Positions 47,766-57,002 of a DNA stretch of 64,000 bases are shown in pieces. Made by a program: the position numbers and the translations under genes. The stretch comes from a virus (Duplodnaviria; Caudoviricetes), in IMG/VR virus record IMGVR_UViG_3300023053_000001, positions 96,001 to 160,000 of that record. The stretch is one strand, 5' to 3'. The notes beneath the pieces were generated by a model. It was not told where the DNA came from and made no database searches. It worked only from the letters and a program-made list of their open reading frames with translations. Each line of letters starts with the position of its first letter. Positions within the stretch are counted from its first letter, which is position 1.

Positions 47766-49007
47766 ATGCCCTACCAACTGACTGGCGCCAAGGTGCGCTC
47801 CAAAGGTGAAGATCGCCAGTGGTCTGATGCCGATCTGTCGGCCATGCCGATCAACGTCATTTTTGCCACGTACGGTAAAATCTATCTCCAGCTGACTCAC
47901 CCGGCGCTGCCCAAGGCTGTGTGGTTGGACATGGACACCGCCCGTCCGCTGATGGGCGTAAGTACCATGGCACGCACGATTTCCCAGTGGCTGATTTCCA
48001 TGGGCAATGCAGCGCTGCCCACGCTGGCCATGTTGCCGGACATGACCCCCAAGGTCGCACGCTATACCTGCGCCTGGCGGGCCGGCTACGATGTCAAGGC
48101 CATCGCCGTGGGTCGTCACCACAACTCGCAGATCAACGAAGGTGACAAGCACGATCTGCTGATTTCCAAGAAGGACGTGGACTTCCTGCAGAACTCGCGT
48201 TACTGCCTGGTCACCGTCAACGGCTTCTTCCATCGCGTCGGTGGGTCTGATGAAGGTCTGCATGTGGTCGATGGCGCACGCTCCACGCGCATTGCCCGTG
48301 ACAACCAGATCGGCCTGCACGATTTCCGTGAGATCGGTCCGATGGAACTGATCCCCATCACCCCGTCGATGATCTACAAGCAGAATGCCGATGGCAAGCT
48401 GGGGCAGTACGCCTACATCAAGATGCCTTACGACATCAGCAAGAAGACGGTGTTCGTGGTGATCGGCGGTTACATGCATGCACTGGACGATGTGTACAAG
48501 GTCATCGGCGCGCAGAGCCTGCGCATTGACTTCAACAACATGGCCCTGCCCGAACGTCTCTACGACAGTCAGCGGCACATCAACCTCAAAGCGTTGATGA
48601 TCGAAGACTCGGTCAACAACGCCGAGATGCGTTCGGTGGAGCAGCTGTACTCGGATCAGCTCATCACCGCGTACCTGACGTTGCCGCAGTCGTTCTTGGT
48701 CATCATCGATGCCGAGTCGGTGTACGTGCGCAAACACAACGTGGAGAACATGGGACTGCCAGGTCGTTACATGACCCATTGGCCCGTGGAGCGTTTCCCG
48801 CTCTACTCCGGTTATGGTCGTTGCTACGACTACCGCATGTTCCCCAAGGACCAGCGCTGCATGCTGGCCACCGAACCGGCCAAGATCTACGACTACAACT
48901 TCCGTACCGAGAACTGGCGCCTGAAACCGGCCATCGATGACACCCAGCTCAGCTCGGCGCCGTGGCGCTTTGCCGAGGCGTGGATGTTGGAGATCGGTCG
49001 TACCTGA
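47766..49007 (+). CDS. Conserved phiKZ-type virion structural protein
   Basis: ATG at 47766 with an AGGAG RBS. Motifs YCLVTVNGFFH and VFVVIGGYMH; convergent with the spike gene. Confidence 0.65.
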   Translation: MPYQLTGAKVRSKGEDRQWSDADLSAMPINVIFATYGKIYLQLTHPALPKAVWLDMDTARPLMGVSTMARTISQWLISMGNAALPTLAMLPDMTPKVARYTCAWRAGYDVKAIAVGRHHNSQINEGDKHDLLISKKDVDFLQNSRYCLVTVNGFFHRVGGSDEGLHVVDGARSTRIARDNQIGLHDFREIGPMELIPITPSMIYKQNADGKLGQYAYIKMPYDISKKTVFVVIGGYMHALDDVYKVIGAQSLRIDFNNMALPERLYDSQRHINLKALMIEDSVNNAEMRSVEQLYSDQLITAYLTLPQSFLVIIDAESVYVRKHNVENMGLPGRYMTHWPVERFPLYSGYGRCYDYRMFPKDQRCMLATEPAKIYDYNFRTENWRLKPAIDDTQLSSAPWRFAEAWMLEIGRT

Positions 49008-49009
49008 CG

Positions 49010-49050
49010 GACATAATCCCCTCCCCTGCGAAGGGGAGGGGATTTATGCC
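49010..49050. terminator. Bidirectional GACATA...TATGC hairpin
   Basis: ATCCCCTCCCCT-GCGA-AGGGGAGGGGAT stem between convergent stop codons. Confidence 0.85.
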
Positions 49051-49052
49051 GC

Positions 49053-50003
49053 TTAGTTGATGTTGGGCGCACGGACCGGACCGGTCGATTCGATACCCGT
49101 ACACTTGATCACACCGTTCTCGATGGTGAGTCCACCGATGCTGGCTTTGTTACCGGTCTTCAGTTCACCGGTCACTTCCATGGTCGGGGTATCCATCATC
49201 ACCGAGTTGGACTTGTAGGTGACGTTGTTGGCATTGACCGTGACCGTCTGCGCGTTGAGCTTGTAGTCCTTACACTCCAGCGAGATGGTCTTACCGGCGG
49301 TCATCGAGAAATCATCATCGCAGTACATGTCGATGTTGGTCTTGTCAATCACAATCCGGCTCATGTCCGGATTGAGCAATACGATCTGCCGCTCGGGCAC
49401 ATCGATGCTGATCTCATGCCCGTTGTCTTCGGTAATGATGAAGCGACCGTCAGCCAGATTGAACTGCGCATTCCAGCGGGTGTACTCTCCATTGGCCTTG
49501 GACGTGCTGAGGCTGAGGAGTTTATCGTGACTGGAGACAGTCAAGACGTAAGAGTTGTCCGCCGTCAGAGTTTCCTCTGCTTCGTCCTGGGTGGCCGAAT
49601 ACATCATGACCACCGTCTCCAACTTCCGCAGGTCATTGTCCAGACCCAAGGCCATCCAGTAGAACTCGTTGGAGTCCCCCAGTCGCCACAGCAACACGGT
49701 CTCGCCACGACGCACGTCCGGGGCCGTGGCTTGGTTACCGGGGCTGAACGGCCACCAGTCCGCTTCCAGGGTATTGTCGGTGGTGATGGAGCTGGTGTAC
49801 TGCTCACCGGCCGCATCGGTGCCTTCCACTTCCAACTGCTCGGGATTGGACTTGATCTCACCGTCGAGCATGTTCAGAGGTTCAAAGGGCGTAACCTTGA
49901 TCTTGTTCTCCGAACGCACTTTGTTCTCGGCGACCTTGCCCAGTGAGTAGATCTTGAAGGAACTGACGTCACTGGCAGGTGCGCTGGCGTCTTGCTCAGC
50001 CAT
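49053..50003 (-). CDS. Baseplate central spike (gpV/gp5-like, phiKZ gp164-like)
   Basis: N-terminal OB-fold-like APDVRRGETVLLWRLGDSNEFYW and short beta-helix-like strand repeats in the C-half. Divergent from sbcC. Confidence 0.7.
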   Translation of the reverse strand: MAEQDASAPASDVSSFKIYSLGKVAENKVRSENKIKVTPFEPLNMLDGEIKSNPEQLEVEGTDAAGEQYTSSITTDNTLEADWWPFSPGNQATAPDVRRGETVLLWRLGDSNEFYWMALGLDNDLRKLETVVMMYSATQDEAEETLTADNSYVLTVSSHDKLLSLSTSKANGEYTRWNAQFNLADGRFIITEDNGHEISIDVPERQIVLLNPDMSRIVIDKTNIDMYCDDDFSMTAGKTISLECKDYKLNAQTVTVNANNVTYKSNSVMMDTPTMEVTGELKTGNKASIGGLTIENGVIKCTGIESTGPVRAPNIN

Positions 50004-50085
50004 GGGGGTACTCCAGAAGGTATCATTCCATTAGCATAAATTTACACGGGGGCGAGAGTCTATGTGTTTAAGCCATAGTACCGTC

Positions 50086-52557
50086 ATGATCGCCGATTTG
50101 TTTGAATTGAAGGGCTATCACCGGATCATGTTGTCCGGTGGCGATCACATTCGAATTCGTTTCGAAGAGATCGTCCAGTTGATTCTGGGTACCAATGGCA
50201 GCGGTAAAAGCTCCCTGCTAGCGGAGCTGTCTCCGCTGCCGGCGGCATCTGGTCATTTTGCCAAGGGTGGGTTCAAGCGCATCCACTACACCCACCGCGG
50301 TATGCGGTATGAGTTGTTCTCCAGCTTCAAAGATGGTGGTGCCGGTCACCACGACTTCATCTGCGACGGCGTCGAACTCAACCCGGGTCACACCAGTAAA
50401 GCACAGGCCGAGCTGGCACGGGAACACTTCGGTTGGTCCAATGACCTGCACCAGTTGATGACCGGTCGCATCCGGTTCTCGACCATGGGTCCGGCCAAGC
50501 GCCGCGATTGGATTCAGCGCCTGTCCACCGTGGACTACCGCTACGCGCTGAGTGTGTTCCACAAACTGGCCAAGAAGTCTCGCGACACCTCCGGTTCGCT
50601 CAATCGCGTCAACGCCCGCTTGACTCAGGAATCCAACAACCTGAAGATGGTCGAAGGTGATGACGTGGCGACCATGGAGGCGCGTGTGGCCACGCTGCGT
50701 CATGAAGTCAATCTGCTGCTGACCTCCCAAGACCCCAACGCCAAACCGTTGCTGGCAGCGCAGAGCCGACTGAACGAATGTCTGCAGCAAGCCGAGACAC
50801 TGTCCCGTCGCATCCTCGCTCGCAAGATCTTGCCGGTGGAGGGTGAGTACACCGGGATGGATCAGGTCATGTCGGCCATCGTGCATCTGGATGGGTCGAT
50901 CAACACCAACCGTGCCCTGTACCAGCGTGCCACTCGTGAGTACGCCGATCTGGATGCACTGGCGGCTGATCTGGGCGCCATCGGTGAAGAGATCCCTGAA
51001 GATCTGCCCGGGGTGGTGGAAAAAGCCCGTGCGGTTCTGGCCGACACCAAGGCGCGTCTGAATCGTTTCAAGGATCTGCAGTTCACCAGCCGAATGTACT
51101 CAGACACCCAACAGGTGGTCCCGGCTCTGCTGGAACTGTTCTCCCTGATGCCGGACAACTCGGACATGAGCTACAGCCCCAAGGCTGTGGAAGAGTCCAA
51201 GCAGCGCCGTACTGAGATCTTGCAAGAGATCGATCGAGCCACCAACCGACTGGTCCAGATCCATCACCGTCGACAGACGATCAATGAAGCGCGGGACATG
51301 ACCTGTCCTTCGTGTAAGTACGTCTGGCGTCCGGGCTACTCCGAAGCGGAAGTAGCTGAACTGGATAAGTGGGAAAGTGAGCAGAACGCCATCGTCGAAG
51401 CGGCGCAGCTGCGCCGTAAGGTCGAAGATGAGTTCATGGAGAAGTACGATGAAGTGGCTGCCCAATACACCCGTCTGCGCGGTTACGTGAACGGGTATCC
51501 GACCATGGCACCGCTGTGGTCGTTGATTCTGGACAACCGCCTGCATCTGAACAAGCCCAACGAACAGCGTTCGGTGTTCATCGACTGGAGTAACGATGTC
51601 ACCTTGGCCATGCAGATCCACGAGCAGACCGAGCGATTGACCCATCTGGAGAACCTGCTGCGCCGTCAGGCCGATGGCAGTTTGTCTCAACTGGGGACTC
51701 GCCGCCAGTTGCTCACCGATGAAATCGAGCGATTGCAGCAGGAGAACAAGACCCTGCGTATTCAGCGCGATCAGTTGGATGTGTATCGCCGCGAGAGCCA
51801 GGTGCAGATCGATGATGCCATGACCGTACATCGCACGATCATGGCCGCTCACGAAGCCGTACAGGCCGTTGTGGGCGCACTGCGTAATAATGCGTTGAAT
51901 CAGGTTGCCTACGGTCATCAAGACGAACTGGCCACCATTCAGCGTCGTCTGTCCGATCGTCAGACCCTGACGGGTATCGTCGATGACCTGACCCGCTTCC
52001 GCGATCAGGAGCAACTGGATCATGCCGCTCTGGCGCTGTTGGCCGATGAGCTTTCCCCGACCGAGGGCATGATTGCAGAAGACTTGGTGGGCTTCATCAC
52101 TTGTCTGGTGGAGCAGATCAATTCGATCATCGCCCAAGTCTGGACGCTGGACTTGCAGGTCAAGCCATGTGGATTGGAATCGGGTGAACTGAACTACAAG
52201 TTCCCGGTCTACTCTCCGGCTTCGATCCACAAGCCTGCCGGCGACATCGATCAAGCATCAGAAGGTCAGCAGGCAATGATTGACATGGCGTTTGTCATGA
52301 CGGTCATGCTGTATCTGGATCTGCACGAGGCCCCGTTATTTTTGGACGAGCCGGGCAGAACCTTTGATGACCAACACCGCATCAACCTGATGGGATTCAT
52401 TCGGCAACTGGTTGACAGTGCGAAGTATCCGCAGTTCTTCATCATCTCCCACTACGCTTCTAACCATGGAGCGTTCACCAAGGCGGATGTGATTGCACTG
52501 GATACCACCAACGTTGCCGTCCCGCAGAACTGTAACCAAAACGTGACCCTGCTGTAA
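50086..52557 (+). CDS. sbcC: SbcC/Rad50-like SMC ATPase
   Basis: Walker A GTNGSGKSS, long coiled coils, central zinc hook CPSC, signature ASEGQQ, Walker B LFLDEP and H-loop IISH. Confidence 0.92.
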   Translation: MIADLFELKGYHRIMLSGGDHIRIRFEEIVQLILGTNGSGKSSLLAELSPLPAASGHFAKGGFKRIHYTHRGMRYELFSSFKDGGAGHHDFICDGVELNPGHTSKAQAELAREHFGWSNDLHQLMTGRIRFSTMGPAKRRDWIQRLSTVDYRYALSVFHKLAKKSRDTSGSLNRVNARLTQESNNLKMVEGDDVATMEARVATLRHEVNLLLTSQDPNAKPLLAAQSRLNECLQQAETLSRRILARKILPVEGEYTGMDQVMSAIVHLDGSINTNRALYQRATREYADLDALAADLGAIGEEIPEDLPGVVEKARAVLADTKARLNRFKDLQFTSRMYSDTQQVVPALLELFSLMPDNSDMSYSPKAVEESKQRRTEILQEIDRATNRLVQIHHRRQTINEARDMTCPSCKYVWRPGYSEAEVAELDKWESEQNAIVEAAQLRRKVEDEFMEKYDEVAAQYTRLRGYVNGYPTMAPLWSLILDNRLHLNKPNEQRSVFIDWSNDVTLAMQIHEQTERLTHLENLLRRQADGSLSQLGTRRQLLTDEIERLQQENKTLRIQRDQLDVYRRESQVQIDDAMTVHRTIMAAHEAVQAVVGALRNNALNQVAYGHQDELATIQRRLSDRQTLTGIVDDLTRFRDQEQLDHAALALLADELSPTEGMIAEDLVGFITCLVEQINSIIAQVWTLDLQVKPCGLESGELNYKFPVYSPASIHKPAGDIDQASEGQQAMIDMAFVMTVMLYLDLHEAPLFLDEPGRTFDDQHRINLMGFIRQLVDSAKYPQFFIISHYASNHGAFTKADVIALDTTNVAVPQNCNQNVTLL

Positions 52558-52590
52558 GGGTCACGCCTTTTTCAACCACCTGGAAACCTC

Positions 52591-54576
52591 ATGAGCAACC
52601 AGCTTCCCTCCCGCATCCAGACCCTGCTGAACCTGCCCCAGGACGCGATGACCGCCCACATCCTGCGCGATCAGGTCGCCCAGCTGCAGCTGAACCGCAT
52701 GCTGATCAGCACCATCGCGCAGGCCTCGGCCAATCCGAATGCCACGCTGATGCTGCAGAACGCCTACCAGCAGCAGCTGAACCAGTTCTACGGATCGGTC
52801 GAGAACCTGTTCAGCGACTACTTCAACGCACACGGCCCGGTGGCGCATCAGCTCAAGCGCATCGCCCACGCCGGCGTGGACCCGGACATCACCCGCGAAG
52901 TCGTCGATCGCCTGCTCACCGAAAACCTGCCGACCATCTTCGAGGGCGAGCTGAACGGTGATCGCTACGACATCAACGAAGAAATCCACGCCCGCGTCAA
53001 CAACACCTTCGGCGTCAACAGCCAGCGCGTCTGGAACCATGCGGCAATCGAGGCGATCTTCGAAGACCTGCGTGCTCGCAAGCTGGCCGCCGATCCGTCC
53101 GATGCGCACTACGCCGACATCAACACGATGCTGCTGCGCATGACCGGCGATGATGGTCAGCCGGTGTACGGCCTGCGTCTGGTGGTCAAGAACGCCAACA
53201 ACACGATCATCACCTTCGTGGAGAAGGAAGAGTCCATCGAAGCGGCCACCGAGGTCAAGCTGGAAGGTGCGTGGATTCCGCACAACGACAACCGCCTGGT
53301 CGGCACCTTCGCCGAAATCGACGCTGCCATGGACGCCTTCTTGGCCGAAGCCGGCATCGAAGGCATGATGGACCCGGTGGAAACCGAGTACGCCCCGGTG
53401 CGTGCCGATGACCCGTGGTCCAAGAGCGAGCTGGTGCTGGACGTGATCACCGAGCGCGGCGACATGCTGTCGCTGCTGTTCCCGAAGGACTACCCGGTGG
53501 TGGTGCCCGAAGGCGACCTGACCGGCACCCGTCCGGTGAGCGACCTGCGTGAAGATGACACCTTCACCATCGACAGCCGTCATCCCGAGTACGAAGGTCA
53601 GATCGCGCGCGTTCGCCGCGTGGCCGCCTACGACGAAACCCAGGACGAAGGCGCGGCCGAGCAGAACCTGCAGACCGTGCTGCACGTCAAGCTGCGCACC
53701 GACGCCGGCGAAGAGATCGTGGAAGTCAGTGCCCTGCATGGCCTGTTCGACGTGATCGCCGACGATGGCACCATCCAGGTGACCGACGTGCGTCACCTGC
53801 CGATCGGCGCCACCGTGCAGTACAGCCACAACCATGACCTGCTGCGCGCTGAAGTGGTCGAGATCCTGCCGACGCAGATCTACGCCAACGAAGCTACCGT
53901 GGCCGGTGTGACCGTCCTGCGTCTGGCGCGCGGTGAGTACACCTTCCACCGTTCCTTCTCCGAAGACCGCATCATCGAGATCTCCGACAGCGGCAGCGGC
54001 GATAACTGGGCCAGCGGCGTGATCGCTGATCTGCGTCCGGGCCTGTGGGCCCTCATCGATGCCGGTACGCCGGTGCAGGTGATCGCCGTCCTCAGCGAAG
54101 ACGATGATGCCCAGCAGGGCGTGCAGAACTTCGTCGATGCCGAAGAAGAAGCGCAGATCCCGGAAATCGCCCTGAACCTGCCCAAGGTCAGCCTGCTGCT
54201 GCGTCTGGACGTGGCCGAACCGGCTGAAGCCCGCTGGGTGGTCTTCCCGACCAATACCTCCTTCAGCGTGATCCCGGCCGTGCTGCCGGAAGGTGAGCTG
54301 GAGCAGTACGACCCGGCCCTGAAGTATTACGACGCCATCGGTCTGGGTGAGCGCGTGATCATCGACGGACTGATGTACTTCGTGGACGACATGGCCGACG
54401 GCGATCGCACGGCTGAGAACGGCGAGCGCTTGGACATGAGCGATAACCCGCCGTGGGTTGTTGGCCAGACCCCGTTCGAAGGTGACGTCGACGCTGACGC
54501 CGATGGTCTCGAACAGGAGCTGATCGATACCGACAGCGAAGACAGCATCCCCAACAGCGGCGAAGACCGCGCCTGA
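52591..54576 (+). CDS. Acidic hypothetical protein with tandem KOW/SH3-like (EF-P N-domain-like) repeats
   Basis: 661 aa with very high GC3, four similar small-barrel motifs in the C-half and a D/E-rich tail. Confidence 0.65.
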   Translation: MSNQLPSRIQTLLNLPQDAMTAHILRDQVAQLQLNRMLISTIAQASANPNATLMLQNAYQQQLNQFYGSVENLFSDYFNAHGPVAHQLKRIAHAGVDPDITREVVDRLLTENLPTIFEGELNGDRYDINEEIHARVNNTFGVNSQRVWNHAAIEAIFEDLRARKLAADPSDAHYADINTMLLRMTGDDGQPVYGLRLVVKNANNTIITFVEKEESIEAATEVKLEGAWIPHNDNRLVGTFAEIDAAMDAFLAEAGIEGMMDPVETEYAPVRADDPWSKSELVLDVITERGDMLSLLFPKDYPVVVPEGDLTGTRPVSDLREDDTFTIDSRHPEYEGQIARVRRVAAYDETQDEGAAEQNLQTVLHVKLRTDAGEEIVEVSALHGLFDVIADDGTIQVTDVRHLPIGATVQYSHNHDLLRAEVVEILPTQIYANEATVAGVTVLRLARGEYTFHRSFSEDRIIEISDSGSGDNWASGVIADLRPGLWALIDAGTPVQVIAVLSEDDDAQQGVQNFVDAEEEAQIPEIALNLPKVSLLLRLDVAEPAEARWVVFPTNTSFSVIPAVLPEGELEQYDPALKYYDAIGLGERVIIDGLMYFVDDMADGDRTAENGERLDMSDNPPWVVGQTPFEGDVDADADGLEQELIDTDSEDSIPNSGEDRA

Positions 54577-54593
54577 GCCACAAGGAACCACTC

Positions 54594-55886
54594 GTGAATT
54601 TTCTGAAAACCAACCTGCTGACGGATCTGCTGCTGCAACAGCAGTTGAACTTCGGCCGCGTGCTGGCTCAGACTTCCCGCCATGCCGAGCAACTGCTCGG
54701 CAATTGGGAGGGCGGCCTGCGCAGCGCGCTCAATGAGCTGAACCGTCAGACCAACGATGATGTCCTCATCGGTTCCGGTCCCAATGCTCAGGCACTGGCC
54801 ATCCTCAACCGTGCCCAGATTGCCGCCGGCAAGAAGGTGCTGTTGACCGAAGAGCAGATCCTCAAGCGTCTGCCGGCCATCACCCCTTCGCCGAAGGTGC
54901 TGGCCTTCCACAGCTACGATGATGAGCAGTGGATTGAAGTGCGGAAGACCTTCAAGGAAGACAACGACGATCAGCTGTACAACATCGCCTTCAACGACAT
55001 GCAGCTGATTGCTTCCCGGCTCGAAGTCACCTCGCGCCTGAATCGCCACCGGATCATCGGCGATGTGCTGCAGAGCTGGGGTGAGCTGGCCGAGAAGTTC
55101 GGCGTGCACGATCAGCCGCTGGACCTGATCAAGTTCGACGGCAATGAAAAGCCGGGCCTGTATCCGGGCGTGAACATCGACATGGTCCGTGACGACATGG
55201 GCGGCGTGGAAGAAACCCACTTCCTGCTGCTGCCGGTGATCTCCGACAACCGCTCCTTCCTGCTGGCCACCCGTAAGGAAGTGCGGTTCCTGACCTGGGT
55301 CGAGCTGGAACAGATCTGGTCGCTGCACAACCGTCATGAAGTGGTCAACCACGCACATGTCGCCCAGGCAGTGAGCGCATGGGCCGGCAGCTACGTGGAC
55401 GGAAAGGACCTGCAGGCCATGCTGCGCTCGCTGCGCGCACGCTTCGACCAGGTCCTGCCGATGTCCGCCGATGACTGGTGTGGTGAGCTGAAGCGCGCCA
55501 ACGCTTTCGTCGGTGAACCGTTCGTCGTCTCCGAGCACGACAACAACATCCGCCTGGTGAGTCGCCGTGTCGAACTGCGCCTGTCGATGGAACCGGTCGG
55601 TGAAAGTCCGGACGGTCCGACGCTGAAGCTGAAGGAAGGTGGCCTGGCACTGCACATGGTGCGCCCGGCCGATCAGCAGGCTCGCATCCCGCAGTGGAGC
55701 GACCTGACCAACCTCACCCAGCAGGAGGTCGCCGACACCCTGGGTAAGTTGACCGAGCAGTTTCTGCAGAACCAGCTCGAGGCCAACAACGTGGTGGCTC
55801 AGCCGCAGAAAACCACCAAAGCCAAGAAGGCTGCCCCGGTCGCCAAGAAGGCCGTGAAGAAAGCTGCTCCCCGCAAGGGACGCTGA
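54594..55886 (+). CDS. Hypothetical protein with Lys/Ala/Pro-rich (histone H1-like) C-tail
   Basis: GTG start with an AAGGA RBS. Ends KTTKAKKAAPVAKKAVKKAAPRKGR. Confidence 0.7.
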   Translation: MNFLKTNLLTDLLLQQQLNFGRVLAQTSRHAEQLLGNWEGGLRSALNELNRQTNDDVLIGSGPNAQALAILNRAQIAAGKKVLLTEEQILKRLPAITPSPKVLAFHSYDDEQWIEVRKTFKEDNDDQLYNIAFNDMQLIASRLEVTSRLNRHRIIGDVLQSWGELAEKFGVHDQPLDLIKFDGNEKPGLYPGVNIDMVRDDMGGVEETHFLLLPVISDNRSFLLATRKEVRFLTWVELEQIWSLHNRHEVVNHAHVAQAVSAWAGSYVDGKDLQAMLRSLRARFDQVLPMSADDWCGELKRANAFVGEPFVVSEHDNNIRLVSRRVELRLSMEPVGESPDGPTLKLKEGGLALHMVRPADQQARIPQWSDLTNLTQQEVADTLGKLTEQFLQNQLEANNVVAQPQKTTKAKKAAPVAKKAVKKAAPRKGR

Positions 55887-55914
55887 TCCTGTGATCTGTT
55901 CAGGGTGAAGTGTC

Positions 55915-56328
55915 ATGTTCAAGTTCGAGCAACGTAGTTACAGTGCTGATGCGGTCCGTGCTTTAATAGAGCTTGCAGCCCGTGGCGAGTCTAAGGTAGT
56001 GGAGTCCGTTCTGGGCATCGCTACTCTTGCTGCGTTCTACAATGCTCGACCCGGCGCCAATTACCAGGTGATGTCTCTGTTGAGGGCCATCTTGGTAGGC
56101 ATGGCCGGGAATGATCCGGTGGATGTCCAGCTCACGCTGGTTGTGCACCTGATCCGGGTGAGGTTGAAGGACCAGAACGTTCCGCACTACCGCATCCATG
56201 AGGCAGCTGAGAACTACGTGCGAGAGATGGACCTGTCCCCACTCTTCAAGTTGCAGGTCAAACAAGCCCTGTTTGATCGAGGTGAGGTTTCCGGCAACGG
56301 CATCACCATCTTGCGTCAACGGAGCTGA
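55915..56328 (+). CDS. Hypothetical protein
   Basis: 137-aa ORF filling the gap up to a terminator. Less codon-biased than its neighbours. Confidence 0.6.
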   Translation: MFKFEQRSYSADAVRALIELAARGESKVVESVLGIATLAAFYNARPGANYQVMSLLRAILVGMAGNDPVDVQLTLVVHLIRVRLKDQNVPHYRIHEAAENYVREMDLSPLFKLQVKQALFDRGEVSGNGITILRQRS

Positions 56329-56373
56329 CATAAACCCCTCCCACCCTTTGCGGGGTGGGAGGGGACTTATGCC
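56327..56373. terminator. Bidirectional GACATA...TATGC hairpin
   Basis: CCCCTCCCACCC/GGGTGGGAGGGG stem between convergent stop codons. Confidence 0.85.
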
Positions 56374-56374
56374 G

Positions 56375-56992
56375 TTACTGTGGCGTCCAGCCGTTTTGAC
56401 GCATGAACGCTTCGTACTGGGCGATGACCTGCGTCAGTTCGGAGATTCGTGCGTTGGCAGCCAGCAGGCGGGCCAGGTCGGTTTCACTGTTGGTGATCGC
56501 ATCCTGTCGAGCCTGCATCCAGTTGGCGTGCTGAGCAGCCGTCATGTAGTTATCGCTGGGGGCGACGTTGACTTCCACCGTAGCCTGTACGCCAGTAACA
56601 CTGGCCACAGCCGTGGTGATCTGATCCTTCAGATACGTCAGGTCCATCGAGTCGGGAATCGCACCCATCGAGATACCCATCACCACATGGCTGTAAGCCA
56701 CGTTGTCCATCAGGGGGTAGCCCGTCAGGTAGGTGGTGGGAATGTACATGTTCGGTCGGGTACGCGAAGCCAAGGTGACAATCTTGGCACCGGCAACCTG
56801 ATCGGCCTGGTACTTCTCACGCGGCACGTTGTGCGGCTTGTACACCAGATCGAAGACATCCACACCGAGATCGGTGAAGTCCGCGAAATCACGTACAGCA
56901 ATGCACTCATACACCGAGTTGGCCGGCATCTGCCACGGCGAGGCCACCTGATAGAAACCCACCGCACCGATCTGAGGAATGATCGCAGACAT
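56375..56992 (-). CDS. phiKZ-type virion structural protein
   Basis: 205 aa with motifs GFYQVASPW, YECIAVRDF, YIPTTYLTGYP and SMGAIPDSMDL, and a C-terminal coiled coil. Confidence 0.65.
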   Translation of the reverse strand: MSAIIPQIGAVGFYQVASPWQMPANSVYECIAVRDFADFTDLGVDVFDLVYKPHNVPREKYQADQVAGAKIVTLASRTRPNMYIPTTYLTGYPLMDNVAYSHVVMGISMGAIPDSMDLTYLKDQITTAVASVTGVQATVEVNVAPSDNYMTAAQHANWMQARQDAITNSETDLARLLAANARISELTQVIAQYEAFMRQNGWTPQ

Positions 56993-57002
56993 CGCTTACT
57001 CC

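Noticed and set aside
47766-49007. Possible virion RNA polymerase subunit
   Set aside because: No recognisable beta or beta-prime catalytic or double-psi-barrel motifs were found, so it is treated as a structural protein.
50086-52557. sbcC without sbcD as a sign of a novel SMC system
   Set aside because: To my knowledge the SbcD-like nuclease is commonly encoded at a separate locus in phiKZ-like phages. The neighbouring genes show no Wadjet- or Lamassu-type partners.
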